Part shown: piece by piece, positions 26,433-41,120 of the stretch
Layout of the letters: the number at the start of each line of letters is the position of its first letter
How positions within the stretch are numbered: the stretch's first letter is position 1
DNA from: Podarcis pityusensis
Lineage: Eukaryota
DNA: 64,000 nucleotides
Direction: 5' to 3' (one strand)
Assembly: GCA_964106645.2 (NCBI GenBank)
Contig: OZ067043.1
Program-made: the position numbers and the translations under genes
The notes under the pieces: generated by a model
The model's database searches: none
What the model was told of the DNA's origin: nothing
Seen by the model: only the letters and a program-made list of their open reading frames with translations

Positions 26433-28375
26433 CACAAGCTTCAGATGAGGCATTTCCCTCAGGACTGTGGCAAGGGAAGAAAAGGTTATGTTTCCCCTCC
26501 ACAACTGTAGCGGTCCTGGTAAAGATCCCCCTCCCCATGCACCCTTTTAAAACCCTGAACAGTTAAATGTAAGGACACATATAATGCCCCTTACTAGTCA
26601 TCCAAGAAGAAGAAGAAAGGCTGACTGCTCTTCCACATCTAGAAAACATCAGCAGTATTGGCTCATTCCGTTTTGAATAGAGACACTATTTCTCAAGCTG
26701 ATAAAAATCTGTTGCAAAACCAGGAGAAAATACTGTTAATTTCTTGTAGAAGCAGATTTCCACTCTTTTCCCATATTTGTGGGGAGATAAAACACTTTAT
26801 GCTAACAGTGAAAGAACATGCTTTTTAAATTAGCATTTGGTAAGAGACATTTGATAGTAGCCTGATTATCAGATACCGGCTATGGCTTTATCCATTAAAA
26901 AGCCGTTCAACTAATGACAACAAAAGCACAAATGTTGCTTCTGTTACTGTACTAAGGAAATGATGTGGGTTCCTCCCCCCCCCGCCTGCTATTGTTTAGG
27001 CTGCTGAATTTTTTTTGCTCTGCCGGTTACAAAACATGTATGCTTTTGTCAGGTACAAAACATGCATGGTACTTCTATCACTCTTTTAAAGATGAACTTC
27101 ATAATTGCTGACTGGGGCACATTAGCCCTGAGAAGATATGTCCCTGCCAGAGTCAAAGTTCTTAGTTTGCTGCTCAGTTATACTACTTCCAACTGTACAG
27201 GGCAGCTCACCCAGGAAAAGTCTATCAGCCAGGCTATGTATTATGGTCAGGGAACCTTTGGCCTGCCAGACATTGCTGAATATGACTCCCATCAGCCCCT
27301 TGCAAGCATACCCAATGGCCATGGATGATGGGAATTGTAGTTTGGCAACATCGGGAGGACCAGTTCCCCATGCCTATATCTTCTGATTGCCTGTAGCATC
27401 TGTCACTTTCTGCAGCCACTACAGGCAAGTAGAGAACTCCATGACAGCCCTCTCAGCAGCGTTGCACTGCTTACCCACTTGGCCTCTTCTGCAGCAGAGA
27501 AGAGTAACAAGGAAGTTCCAAGGAAACACCAGTTTCCTGGGCATTGCTGAGAAGGATTAATAGGCAAGTGGATGTGGTGGTGCTCCCAAACAAATACAGC
27601 GGCAGAACTCCAGCTGCCTGCAGAAATGCTCTCTTGTGTGAACCAGTCCCCGGAGACTAGAAACCATTGCAGCCCATGTGTGATAGTACACTGGCAATTT
27701 TCTGCTGCAAGGCATTTCTGCCTCACAGCACTTTCAGAACCACACAATGCCTACAGGTATCCTTATGGTATATATAATAGCAGGCTAATGAAGCTTGCTA
27801 TATAAGCTAGATAGGGCTTTTGTACTTAGGAGGTATTCCTATGTCAATTATTCTAAAACGGGGAAATGAATCAGTCATTGCAGCAATGCACATTTTCTTG
27901 AACTTGCCCCATTATGCTAAAAAACGAAGCATGCAAAGTTTTCTTGATTTGACATTGTTGATCCTTTCTGGGTGTTAGGATCCTTGTTCCATTAATGACT
28001 ACTAAACCTGCCTGATTAAGATTTGGGGATATGCCAGATAAGCATTTATCATTCCTCTCTAATCCTCTACAGTCACTCAGATATTCACATGGAACTTCCA
28101 TTCTGGTGATGTGCAGTGTTGCCTCAGACTTGCCTATGACAGCACTCCACATGTGTAAGGAATCAGTGATCATCACATGTATTCCTTTTAAAATCCATTT
28201 TTAAAATCTTGACTTTGCTCACCTAAATCAATTAAAAACTATCACTAAAATCTTGGAACAATAAGCATTTCCACAAAATGCTCTGTATTGGTTCTACTAC
28301 TATTTTACAGCACGTTGTCTTGGAAAGGAGACTTTTGGTACTCAACATGGCTTAGTCTCAGGTAAGTGTGAATAG

Positions 28376-28504
28376 CAGGGGTAGCCAACATAGTGTAGTT
28401 GTGGGCTACAACTCCCATAATGCTCAACCATTGGCCATGCTGGCTAGAGCTGATGGGAGATGTAGTCCAAAACAAATGGTGGGCATCCCTTGTGGCTTCC
28501 CCTG
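28376..28504. mobile_element. ~130-bp hairpin hAT-type MITE
   Basis: TIR CAGGGGTAGCCA / TGGCTTCCCCTG with the CTACAACTCCCAT / ATGGGAGATGTAG core. Confidence 0.75.
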
Positions 28505-29575
28505 ACATATCAGAAGGACATCACTATATACTCTTACCTGGGAGGAAGCCCTGTTGAACTTAATGAACCTTACATCTGAGTAGGCATGCAAAGGACTGCT
28601 GCGTTAGAAAAGCAAAAAAAAGCATGTCGCAGGTAGCTCAAATTACAACTTCACCATTCCTAAGCCATTTTTATAAACCTGAAAAAATGCAGAATTGCAG
28701 TTATTTTTATGCTTTTGAACAATAGGGCATCTTTTTCATAAAATCTCTGGGTCTTAAACTTTCCTAATACGATTGCATTCAGTATACGGTTCGCATCACT
28801 TATTTCACTACTTTTTATAAACATGTTTTTAAAAAGTGCTCATAGAATGTGTTAACGTTTGACCAGAGTAATGTTTCTTAATTCCACATGTATGCATTGA
28901 CAGTGAAGCGTACATTATTCCTCCTACACAGCACTTACTCTTATTATAATCGCCTATACATATTAAGTTATTTTTGTTGACAATTATGAATGAACATGAG
29001 CATGGCAGGTCTGGGCAAAATAATGTTACAGTGCCAGCAGCCCAAATTTCTTTTTTAAAAAAATGAAGAAAAATACAAGACATAAACAAATGGCTTGACT
29101 TGCCAACGATAGCATCTAAATAGTGACTCTGGCTTAGGGGAATTGCCAAGAGGATGTTGTGTTTTACACTTTTGTCATTTTTCTCCGCTTTAATTTCTGC
29201 TATCTGATTCCCTTCTTATGTAAATGATACACTCACAAGTCAAGAAGGGTACATAATCCTGCATGGTATTATAAATGTTTCTGTCAATCTCCCTTCCTTT
29301 CTTTTGAGCAATGGCAAGATGTAACCAGCGGGCTAGGGGACAGCGTAATTTTCTCTTACCACCCATTCCATCAGGAAATGATTTATTACTGTGTGTGCAG
29401 TTTGCAAACACCATGTTGCTATTACACTGCTACTTATGCCTTGAACGCTTTCCACCTTCAAAGCTGCAGACATGCAATCTTATGCACATCTATGCAGAAG
29501 TAAGTCCTAGTGAGTACAATGGGACTTTCTCTTCAGTAATGCTGTATACGATTGCAGCCAAAGTGTAACAATTTA

Positions 29576-29665
29576 CAGTGCAATCCTAAACATGCATACG
29601 CAGAAGTAAGCCCTATTGAATTCAATGGGGCTTCCTCCCAGGTTAGTGTGGTTAGGATGGCATCC
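29576..29665. mobile_element. ~90-bp palindromic MITE with TTA TSD (PIF/Harbinger-like); an adjacent second copy at ~29470-29559
   Basis: TTA-CAGTGCAATCCTAAAC...AGTAAGCCCTATTGAATTCAATGGGGCTT...GGATGGCATCC-TTA. Related decayed copies at ~757-845, 1928-1997, 11140-11207, 14627-14712, 18985-19075, 26043-26130 and 28515-28603. Confidence 0.75.
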
Positions 29666-31502
29666 TTAGATATCAGCAACTATAGCAACTCTACAGCACA
29701 ATATGTAGCTTTTATACAGATTTTCATGGTGTTGATAACTGTAGCATCTCTGCTCCAGTAACTAAGTTTTCATATTATCGTTTAAACTGTTTTGCACTGT
29801 TCCATTGGCACTCCAGATATTGCAACTGTAATGCTCAATGTGTGATAAAAAGAGACAGGTGTCCATCATTGATTTCCTGCTCCATTTATTTTATTGGAAG
29901 TCCATGGGGAACTCTTGTGTGTCTAGTTATCATTGAAACCTGAACCGAAGGTGCGCTTAGCATGGAGGGTAAATAGCAAGAAGAGCTATGTGGTTGTTTC
30001 CTAGGCTAGTTCTTGACAACTATTGCTGTTGTAGAGATTCTCCAACCTTGGTCTAGGACAGTTTTTTAAACAGCCTGACTAGTGGCATTAAACACCAAAG
30101 CATGATCTGGATGGCTGCTATGGCACTGGCAAAGCTTTAATGATAAGACCAGTCTTCTTAATATAAATGGGACTCATAAGTTCACCTGCTACTTAGTCCA
30201 AAGCCACCTTTCCCAAATTGATGGCCCACAGCAGCTTTAGAGTGCAATTCACATCATTCAGGCATTGGCCATGCTGGCTGGGTGATGATGAGTGTTGGCA
30301 TACAAAACATATTGATGGTTGGCAAAGGTTGGTCCAAACAAGGAATCTCACGCAACTGATGTGGCACTTTGTGCCTTCATGGGTCTAGGGGAAGTCGCAT
30401 TCCTAAATGCCTTTCTGGATATGATGGCGTTGTTGTCAGACGCTGAGCAAATTGCATAGGCTAAGGACTCAAAGGCACATCTGCTCAGCTGCTACACTGA
30501 GAGCCAATGCAGCTTGAACTCTGGAGGCTTTACCGAGAGGGGCGGCTGTTAGAGATCTAAAGGTTGGTGGCTTTGCAGAAATATGCAGTGGTACAATTTC
30601 TGAGATGAAACATCATCCTTGTGGCATCTTGGATGAAAATTAAATTGGTTATGGTAATGTCCCCTCATCCTGCAGCAATGTATAGGAAAGGTTTAGCAGC
30701 TGACATTCTAGCTTGGGGTGAGAAACTGGATGCTGGATCCCGCCTTCACCTCATGGGCAGTGCCACCCATCTGTCAATCACCTGGCATCATTAAGATGTC
30801 TGGTGACTTCTTGAAAGGGCTCACATCTGAAGTCGGTATGGAGGCAGTTTCAGTATGAAAAGATTGCAAACAGACTTTAAAGTGATGGTTATCAGTGCCT
30901 ATAAGCTAAGCAACATAGATAGCCCCTTTGCAAGTGGTTTGCATTGAAACTGCTTGCAAAGGGACGCCAAAAGGTGTTTTTTTTATGGTGCCGAGAGACC
31001 CCAGTTTCAATTCCCTTTGCAATCAGTTTTAAACCGCCTGCAAATGGATCACAAAGTGTTGGCAGCCATGCCTTTAACTGCCTCACACCTGATGTCACAG
31101 GCGGCATTAAGGAGGGTGTGGTTTGAGGGGAAATGGCCCTGTGGATCCCTGCAGGATCTAATTAGACTTTAAGGTCAAAGGTTCCCTATTCGTTTTCTAG
31201 TTCACCTGCTCTTGTTTGCAAATGAATCCTAACTCTCCTATGTGTGCTGCACCAAGCATAAGGTTCAGTCCTTGGCTCCAAACGAAAGAGGGTTTGTCAG
31301 CTCCTTGCTTTTGCAAAGGAATAAAATTTAACATGGTTCAGGAGTGCTTGGCAAGGTACTTTAGGAAGCAGGGAAGTGATGGAGAAGGGTTGGTGCTGAT
31401 GTTACATCTTGCATGTTTTCTGAAGACATGACCCACAGCTCTTAATGGTGGTGCGGCCTTGAGCTAGCCAGAAGCACTAACAAGATGATTGATCTCTATT
31501 TA

Positions 31503-31830
31503 CCGTATATACTCGAGTATAAGCTGATCCGAATATAAGCCAAGGCACCTAATTTTACCACAAAAAACTGGGAAAACTTATTGACTCGAGTATAAGCTGG
31601 TTCACCACACCACAAACCTGGTGGTGGTGGCAGCGGCGGAGGAAGAACAAGCGGCCCAAAAGGGCTGCTTTCAGGTTGCTCATTCCTCCTCCACTGCCGC
31701 TGACAGCAGCAAAGGCAGAGGAGGAGGAAGGAGCAGCCTGAAAGGACCCTCACTTGAGTATAAGCCGAGGGGGGCTTTTTCAACATAAAATATGTGCTGA
31801 AAAAGTCTGCTTATACTTGAGTAGATACGG
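31503..31830. mobile_element. Tc1/mariner (pogo-like) MITE
   Basis: TIR CCGTATATACTCGAGTATAAGC / GCTTATACTTGAGTAGATACGG; TA TSD; internal repeats of GAGTATAAGC. Confidence 0.9.
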
Positions 31831-31914
31831 TATGTCACAACAGTGGCAGGAGGGGATAGGGTTAGGCTTTCCTGACTGAGATGTAGAGTTGGAATCTGAT
31901 AAAAGAAACACAAC

Positions 31915-31915
<1 letters not shown>

Positions 31916-31946
<31 letters not shown>
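31916..31946. repeat. (CA)n microsatellite
   Basis: Direct reading. Confidence 0.97.
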
Positions 31947-31947
<1 letters not shown>

Positions 31948-32522
31948 CATTCAGACTTCCCACCACCATCAAGATGAAAAAATGCCTGGGATCATATCAT
32001 CTAATGAAATACAATTAAACTTTATAGGTCTAAAATTGTTTCAATAGGCCCATCAATTGCATCAGCTCAAACTAATAGCAAAATTTTACGAGTATACAAT
32101 GGCTTGCCTTGTAATTATCACAAGGGAGCATTTTTCCTAAGCTCTAATTTGAATGGATATTGGTTTAATTCATCAGAATCCCCCATTATTGCATTGCAGG
32201 TAAAGCATTAAGTTATTACTCATGCACAATGCAGTGTCTGAAACAAAGCGAACAGAGAGAAACAAATTTATTCCAATTCTAATGAAAGCAACAGTGCCTT
32301 CCCCCCCTCTTTTGCTGTTGCTACTCTAATGGCATCCTACGGGAAGCAGAAACCAATTTGCGCACCACAACTCCTGTTTATATGGTTAATCACACCAATG
32401 GATATACATTTATTCACTTTAATGCAGTAAAAACACTGGCTGTATTTACTCAGTACATTTAATATGGTTAGCACAGTGAAACATTTTAACATGCCACTGT
32501 TAAACAGTTATATATAGAATGG

Positions 32523-32525
<3 letters not shown>

Positions 32526-32562
<37 letters not shown>
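32526..32562. repeat. (AC)n microsatellite
   Basis: Direct reading. Confidence 0.97.
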
Positions 32563-32564
<2 letters not shown>

Positions 32565-33054
32565 CATATACACCTTAGACAGTGGTAAAATGAAGGAAAA
32601 GAGGAATGTGATGAATTTCATATATCAGGTATGTTTGACCACTTTACACTCTGTTCACTAATCCATCTCTGCTGGAGGAACTGCTTCCATTCCAGACCTC
32701 TGGGCAGCTTCAAAGAGCTGACATTTAAAAAGAAGCCCACTTTATGCTAAATCACCTTTCACATTTCTTAATGGCGCTTGTGAAGAAAGAAAGAAAATAT
32801 ATAGCTTCTCTCATATGAAAGCTGAAGAACTATCATGGAAACTATTGTGATTCTGTTGAGGGGAGGGGGGATGTTCAAAGAATCTAAGCAAGCCTGCTTA
32901 CTTGTAGATTAAATTTAGGTTCCAACCGAGACATTCAGGCTTTGCTATGAGCACAAAAATCCCCCTGAAGTTCTGTGTTGGATATTTTATAAAATGAGAC
33001 TGATGGATCTTGAGGGGGTGATGGCTGTTTATGCATCTTGGTACCTAGGTATAC

Positions 33055-33175
33055 ATAGAACCATAGAACTGTAGAGTTGGAAAGGGATCACAAGGGAATC
33101 TCAACTAAAGCATCCATGACAGGAGAGTCCACAGCCTCCCAAGGTAGTCCATTCTAGTGTCGAACAGTGGCAATA
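33055..33175 (-). mobile_element. CR1 LINE 3' end
   Basis: CATAGAACCATAGAACTGTAGAGTTGGAAAGGGA is the reverse complement of the CR1 (ATTCTRTG)n-type terminus. Confidence 0.7.
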
Positions 33176-35009
33176 AGTATACAGCCACTTAGATGAATGG
33201 GATGATATAGTGAAGTCTGGCAACACTAGCAGGGCACATCTGTAACAACAGACTGGCATGACAGTCAGCCGAGAATCAAATTCATGCTGGTTTAAGTTTT
33301 GGGTAGTGCTCAAGGAATGTAGGGAGATGCTGCTCCCTATAACTTACTGTTCTCCCTTTGGGCTTAGTCTCCACTGCTACCCAGAGAAAAAGGGCAAATG
33401 AGCAAGCAAGAAGCTGCTGTTTCCTTCTGCTGTCTCCCCTTGTTTGCTGGTGCTCCCCTCTCCCTGTACCACCGGGACAGAGTAGGTGAGCAAGTGGCAA
33501 GCAGGAATTTCTACTGCAGAATTACTGTGGAGAGTGGGGGAGCCAATCCACTCAACACGGCTACTTTGAATTGGACCACTGTTTTTATCCAATCATAGCA
33601 TTAACCTTTTATTTTAGATTCTGCATATCGTAACTGGCAGTTTTCTCCAGGGAAAGTTGTGGGTATTAGAAGTATTAAATGGAGTAATAAAATAACTTGA
33701 AGCCCAAAGAGATTTAAAAAGCTTTTAAAACGTAAGCAGTTATGAAATCAGTATTATGGGCTACAGACCCCATTTGATCTCTGCAGAAAATGCAAGAGTA
33801 AATAGGCCTTAATCATCATACATCCATTATGATATTGCTCCAGACTACATTAGCTAAAAAATGTTATTCTGTGAAATACCTTGCAATAATATAGGCATAT
33901 ACACTTATTTATTGTAATTTGAATGTGAATGATCTTTTTTTTTATATATAAAAAAAGCATTAGAGCTCAACTGACTGCTCATGGTAAGGTTTATATACTT
34001 CCATTTTAACAGAGCTGATTGGCAGAGAGCAAGAAATAACGTTTCTGACTTTGAGTCCCTCCAGTTGTCCTTCTGTCACACATTCATATGATCTGCGCTC
34101 ATGGTGGTATCAGGAAAGTTAGACACAATCGCATTTTCAATACTCTTTGGACCTGCAGATATTGTGGGATGGGAGTGCTGATTTTTTCCAATCACTGCAT
34201 GCCCTGTAGCTGCCTGCTGAAATCCTGTGATGTTTTATATCACAAATGTTTTGGAAGGTGGTCTTTTTGGGTCCTGTTTTTGATGCACTGTATTATTGTT
34301 ATTATTTCAACTTATACCCAACCCTTGTTCCCAAAGGACCCCAGGGTGGCCAGAGTGCCCCTCCAGACAGCAATAATATGATAACATTGGGGAAGCATCA
34401 CATGACAACTAATAAAGCAGAATGATGTGTGGACAGTCTGGTACAAATCCACCACTGATGCACTATTATAATGTTGGTGACATGTCGTAGAACACCTCAC
34501 CCTAAATAAAACTGCCTAGATGAGCCCACTGCGAGCTATAATAAAGTTGTAGTCTAATTCACCTTAGTGTCAGTCCCCTATTTTGCTTCTGTGATAGGAT
34601 AACAATACTGAATTGTGTATTATTGAAGTTTTGGGGAAAGTAGTTTTGGACGCTGTTGCACTGAAAACCATAAGTTATAAGAAATGAGCTGTACATAAAC
34701 ATATTTCAAGTAGCGTCAGAACTTCTAATTTTATTAATAGTTTCCCAGTATACAGAGAAACCAAATGGTAGTTAAAGCAATTGTCTTAAACAGAAATTCA
34801 GCAGAGATGCAGAATAAAGTGGAGAGTGCCTGATGTTAGAAGAATTTACCCCCTTTAAACACAGAGCAACTAGAGCAGTAGATCTAAGCACACAGGGTTG
34901 TATAGGACCACAAACATGGGTCTCTTAAATTGTAGTTCTTTATTTGGTGAGCAAGGTCTGAGAGCCAGGGGTCCCCACTCTACTCTTGGCTGAGATGTTC
35001 ATTATGATC

Positions 35010-35419
35010 TAGTGGTTCCCAAACGTCCCCCTCCATAGACCATTTGAAAATTGCTGAGGTCTTGGCAAATGACTGAATGATTTGTTTTCCTGCCTGCTGT
35101 ACCTGCTGTGATACGCTGTAGTAGATGCTGCACGATATTTTTAATTGCTTGTTTATTGCTTCTTTTCATTGCAATTATAATATTATAAAATACAAAATAG
35201 GAAATAAAATCCCCATATTTCATTTTATTATATTAAACTTTGAAATCTATGAAATTGAATTTTGTAATGCAAAAATAATAAGTAAGAAGTAAAAGAAGCA
35301 ATAAGAATAGAATTAAAAATCAATATGAATATTTAGTGCGGACATGCCTCAGACCACCTGAATGAAACTTCTGGACAACCAGTGGTCCATGACTGGCCGT
35401 TCTGTTTGGGATGAGTGTG
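35010..35419. mobile_element. hAT-type MITE, decayed
   Basis: Begins TAGTGGTTCCCAAAC; GACCA subterminal motifs; AT-rich core; degenerate TTTGGGA right end. Confidence 0.6.
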
Positions 35420-38400
35420 CTAGCAACAGAATATTCAGAAACAGTACAGTTTCTTTGAGTGTGGAGTAAATCTCAGTTTGCGGCGAGAGGAAAATTAATA
35501 CAGTGCTCTGAGAAAGAAGGAGCTATTTGTTGGAAGGATGAATGTGAGCAGATAAGGGAGAATCTTTATGGTGATGGTGGTCAAAGTGACCAAAACAGAG
35601 AAGGCAAAGAGTGGAGGCAGAATAATTTAGCATATTGATTTTATCAAGAGACATACTGGGCTGCAGGCCAACCAGTTAAGATTTGTTGTTATATAGGGAC
35701 TTGGGGGAAGGGCTCCACAAATGAAGCTTAATTGACATGGGGCTGGGGGCACTAGTTTCTGGGAAATAAGATTCTGCTGTCTTTGAATCCTGTCTAAAAC
35801 TTCCATCATTAATTTGACTTTTTAGCTGAAGGTGGCAGATAATGTTTAAAGGCGCATCCTGTATCATCATCTTTAGTGGCTGCTGTTAGGCATGGGGGGG
35901 GGGGACCTCTCACTCTGCAGGGTAGGAGAAACTTGAAAGAACAGGGTACAGTTTGGAGTGTGTGTGAATCTGCACAGCTCCATAGATGTCAGTGGAGGTG
36001 ATGTCAATGAAACATAACATAAAAGCTGGACTAACATTAAAAGAAACAAGCCCTGGATTGCTAGAAGCTCATTTTGGGAAAGGGTTAGCTCTCAGGTTTT
36101 ATTTTGATTGTGAGCATAAATACCAAATGCCCTGGAAGCAAAAATACAATGTATTGTCTATTTCACTGGGGCTGCATCTTATCTCAAACAATTTCCCAAG
36201 TGTGCCAAATGATCGCATTACAAAGCAGGAGCTCAGAGAAAGGAAGCCGGCAGCCGATACAGACTCGACACTAAGATGGGTGCACTCTTGCCACATACTT
36301 CAACAGAAAGCACTCAAAAGATTTGCTCGGAAATAAGAACAGAGATCTTGGCAGTGCAATTGCATTTGCTTCTCTAGGAAAATGCTGCCCAGATAACATT
36401 CCATACAACTCTGGAATGTGCTTATGTCTTTCTGATTGCACTGTAAATCTGACTCCATCTTAAAGACTGGCTCTGTCCCCCCCCCCCCACCTCTCGTTGC
36501 CCCCACCAACAAAATGGTTTTATGTTGTCAAATCCCTCTTCCTTCCCCTCCCTGCCTCCTAGTCCCTCTCACCACTTTATGACTTTTTGCCAATGGTAAA
36601 TGTTATTAACTCTCCCTGAATGCCGTTGGGTAAAGCTGTGAGAACAACTCCTGCAAATTAACAAAGCCGGTCAAATTAGATTAGCCACCACTGAATGGGG
36701 CCTCCACAAAAGAGGAGACACTTCTTAGCTTCCAGCTTCATTACTGCTCGACCTGCCTTGCTTCAAAACTTGGGTGTCATGTGCATGAAACCACCCGTGG
36801 CTTTTCAAGTAGGAATTGATCTTCAAGAAAGGGAAAAGTGCTAGGACAGGAACAATGAGAGGGGCAATTATTTTGCTCTTCTTGAGCCTTGGATGTGAAA
36901 ACAGACTGGGGAACAATAGAAACAATAGAGTTTATTGTTCTCTATTCATGAGCTGTCATGTGACTCCCAATGGGCCACAATAGGGCCCATTTCCTTTTGG
37001 AAATGACTTGAGATTCTCACACACTTTTAATGCGTTGTCATTTTGTGAAGGATGGCAATTGCACATTTATGGGGCTATTAACTGTGGGTTGATGAATTCT
37101 TTATTTTCTAATATATACTGCTGAGTTTTGCCATATGTACATAAAATGTTTATTTAGGATTATATAGGCTGAGCAGAGACAAGGGAGAAACATCTGGAAT
37201 CAAATCTATGTGGCTGATTTAAAATAATAGTCTCCCCCACCCCATCACCACCTCATCGAAATTCTATTCAGGGAAATCCTGTCTAAGCAAAGCAAGAACA
37301 TCATGTTTTTTTGCAATGAAGCTGCATCTGTCCTAAGAGGCACATATTCCCTTAGGACTCATTAGGTCCTCTTGTATATGATAAGAAATGGGGCACATTA
37401 CAGTGGTAGATTCTGATCCTTTCAGCCGTCATCGTTTAAGACACTCAGCTAGAATTGGGGGAAATATAAAAAGCAGACAGATGACCATGAAACTTGCTGT
37501 TGGGATCGAAAATGGAAGGTTCACAGGATCTGCTTGGCACTTACATAGTTTCTTATTTCAGAATATGAATATGGTGGACTAATATTCTGACTCCTCATAA
37601 GGTGGCTACAGGTGGTTGTTTTTGTTGATGTGTCTGTGTGCGTTTTAAATGGACCCTAGGCTTGAGGGTGGATGAATTTGCAAGCAAATTACGATCCAGA
37701 GCACATTGTTTGGCAGAGTGAGGTGGCCATCTTAGGTGGCAGATGCTGGAGGCGGAGAGTGGCAGTGAGGTGTTGAAGGACAGAACTGGGCCACATGGCT
37801 TGCCCTGGATCTTCTAAGCTAGCCTGCTACCCTCAGGTGCAGTGGAGAATATTGTCCCGTTAGCAGTAATAAAATAACATTCATGGATGAATGGATGAAA
37901 ACATTTGTGTTTTATTTGCCATTTCCTATTAAAAACCCAAACCGAAGACACTCTTTTAGGAAACACAAGCATCTGATGACATCTCACCCCAAAGTTGCAA
38001 CTGGGCTGTCTACCATTAAATTTAAACTTCAGATTCATTTTGAGAATTTCCTACAGCTCATTAAGAGCTACTTAAAATTTTAACTATTAAAAATTTAGGA
38101 ACACTTTCTTTTTTAAATTCAGGTTGCCTGAAATTTTAATATCTGCTTAATTTTTAATCTGAGCCCTGACATGCATAAGGAAATGCAAAACCTGTTCTCT
38201 TAACAAATATGCAAAGTTGTAGATTTCATATACTGTAATGGAGTAGCTCATTCTGCCCTCCACCACGTAATTATTAGCAGACACATTCCAGCTTTTGGTT
38301 TTCTTTCTACAGATTTTTAAAAGGTGCAGGTTACGTTGCAATATTTTTAAGTAGCCCCATTCTGTCTACTCTGTGATGTATTGAGGGTGTACTTACAGGA

Positions 38401-38887
38401 ATACACCACTATTACATTACAAGGTATGTCAAATGATTTTCATTCTCTAATTTTTTTTCTTTGCCTAATTAACAAGGAACTGAATTTGATCTTCTTTCTG
38501 TTAAAAAAAATAAAAAAAATCTCCCAGCAAACGTAGTTTTAAAACTTCTGCATCTCTTCCTGTCACATTGTATCTGTATTGTGTTCTGTTTTTTTAAAAA
38601 AAACAACAACAACCATTTACAGTGTGAAGTACGACATTCTAGGAGATGATGACAGCACCTTGTCCCTAAGATTTACCCAGAATATAAAACACATAAAGTT
38701 AAAATAATGAATTAGAGAAAGGGTGATGAATCTGTGGCTTTCCAGATGTTGTAGAAGTACAACTCCCGTCATCCATGGCAGTTGTATGCTGGCTGTGTTT
38801 GATAAGAACTAGAATACAACAACACCTAGTAGGGGGGCACATGTTCCCCTGTTAGATTAAAGTTAAATTACCATGAATATAGGCAAG

Positions 38888-38930
38888 CAAACCAAACCAA
38901 CCCAACCCAACCCAACCCAACCCAACCCAA
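38888..38930. repeat. (CAACC)n pentanucleotide repeat
   Basis: Direct reading. Confidence 0.95.
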
Positions 38931-40748
38931 AGACATCATTATTGTGCTTTTTGTCATCCTTCAGATGAGATGGGAAAATTTCTTTACATGAACGACCTTA
39001 AGTAAACTTATTTTAGGAGCTAAGATTGGTTTGTTATTGGTTTGTTTTGTTTTTGTTAGGTTTTTTTTATCTTGTATTTTGTGAACTGCCATGAGATCTA
39101 TGGATGAAGGGCGGTATACAGATTTATAATGATGATGATGATGGTGATAATAATAAATTTAATTTTATTACGAATGGGGGCATATTGCTGAAAACAGCAC
39201 AAGGGGCTTGCCCCAGTGGTGCAATTCAAACTACAGTGCTGTATTTCACAGTATGGATTCAAAGCCCTATATTTTAGGAATTGGAATCCATTCACCTAGT
39301 CAAGGGCCACAGAAAACTCCTTGACAGGTAGCATTCCATATGTGATCTGTTATCCCCTCATACACTCAGGTCCTTCTAACCTCTGAATCTAATCTTCAGT
39401 GGTTTTAGATACATGACATTTCTCCCCCCTCCGCTCTCTTTTTCTACCTGATCACTTTTGTTTGTGTGATAATGAGTAGGTAATCATTGTAAAATGCATT
39501 CGTAGCTAAATGAGTAATGCACTTTTTTTTCTCTTTCAATTTTTGTACATTAGAGTGAAGCTGCTTTTTCGAGCACTTATTAAGAAATGCTCACAAAGGG
39601 TAAAGGCAAACTGGTAGTTAAATTGAGGTGGGGAACGAAGCTCATATTAAGGCCACCATTTGTATAAGATATCAGAGTGGAAAAGCACATGTAAAAGGAA
39701 ATAAAAGCATAATATAGATGGACCATATTTGTAGGTCCTGAGTGGGAAAAAATCAAGATAAAATAGTAAATGGATGATAGCTTTTTAGCATTAGCAAAAA
39801 AGCAACGTGACACAAAGATTCTGCTATTGAACAACAACTTCTAATTTGTGCCCATTATCTTGCCACTACATGTGGCACAAATAAATTGTTGAGGAACTTT
39901 CTTACTACATTTCTCCTTCTAGAAATGGGCTATGCACTCAGCTTCATGACCTCCATGCACCGTGCAACCTAGATTTACACTGAGGGGGGTGGGAGACAAC
40001 CAAATATGATTAGCAGACTCTAACATACGTCTGTAATATAAATGGATTCTCCATGTGGAAACAGGCTGCTTTTTAATTTTTTTTAGGTATCTACAGAGTT
40101 TTCTCCCTCAGAGTTATATGTGCATAGATAAAAACCAATGCTTGATTAAAAATACCTAGACAACTTTTTAAAAATACTCAGGGTGGCATTTTTTAAAGGG
40201 GGCATTTCCTTAACTGAATGAATAGCAAGTTCCTGATTCAAGCAGTTACATGACAAGATTGCTGAGAAAGGTGAATCTGGGATGTAGTTTTATATCCATC
40301 CGGTCATGAGACGTTCAGTTTCTTTGTTTTGTTTTGCTCACCACAACCTCCCCCCTCCCCTTTTGAGGAGAATTTAACCATAAAAGTTACTAATGCTGCC
40401 ACTAGTGTAGATATTTGTCTCCTGTTCATGATATTATTCCAGCCATGTATCAAACACATTTCCTTGTCTTCGACCAGAGTTTGCAGATTTTACTGCTCTG
40501 TATGAAGATCTCCTGTTGAACAGATGAGGGTGCAGTCAGTTTTAGCTGTGCTGTTCAGCTGCTGACTGCGCCAACCATTATTGTAGCAGGTGTGCCTAAA
40601 GCCTCACTCCAGCAAATGATCTCTAATCCACATGGTGAGCTAAGTTTCACCAGACATAGCCCCACCTGTTTGCATCGGACATAGGATGAGGCAAAGAACA
40701 CCTGTTTTAGTGACCTAAGGTGTAACTTGACCCAGGACTATCCTGTAT

Positions 40749-41120
40749 CTAGGGATAAACAAATCTGTCAATTTCAACTTTTATTAATTTCTCATTTTAT
40801 CCGGCCTTAAGTTCATAGTACCATATTTCTGCGTGAATTTTTGGATTTTTAAAAAGTTCTCATGAAAATTCACCAGGATTGTAGTAAACGTTTTGTTTTC
40901 TGATGTAACATTTTTACAAGCAATTTTTCCATACTGGTATGATACTTTCACTAATATATGCATTTTTATGTATACTGTCCGCTAATATACACATTTTTGT
41001 ACACAGCATTTGATTGGTAGAGATGCACCACTAAATTCAGAGAAGTCTGAATTTCAAAGGATTGTTGCGATTTAGTTCTTTCAGGAAGCAAATTAAATAG
41101 GTTTTCCTTAAAATGCAAAA
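40749..41120 (-). mobile_element. Decayed copy of the TAGGGATGG hAT MITE family
   Basis: Starts TAGGGATAAACAAATCTGTCAATTTC; shares ctcatgaaaatt, tatatgcattttt and aaattcagagaag motifs with 8593-8959. Confidence 0.65.

Noticed and set aside
29470-29665. CRISPR-like or pre-miRNA-like palindromic repeat pair
   Set aside because: Two adjacent copies of a dispersed ~90-bp MITE with TTA TSD; eukaryotic context and no known mature miRNA recognised.
30340-30890. Possible old LINE coding remnant
   Set aside because: Composition is suggestive, but I could not recover any diagnostic RT or endonuclease motif.
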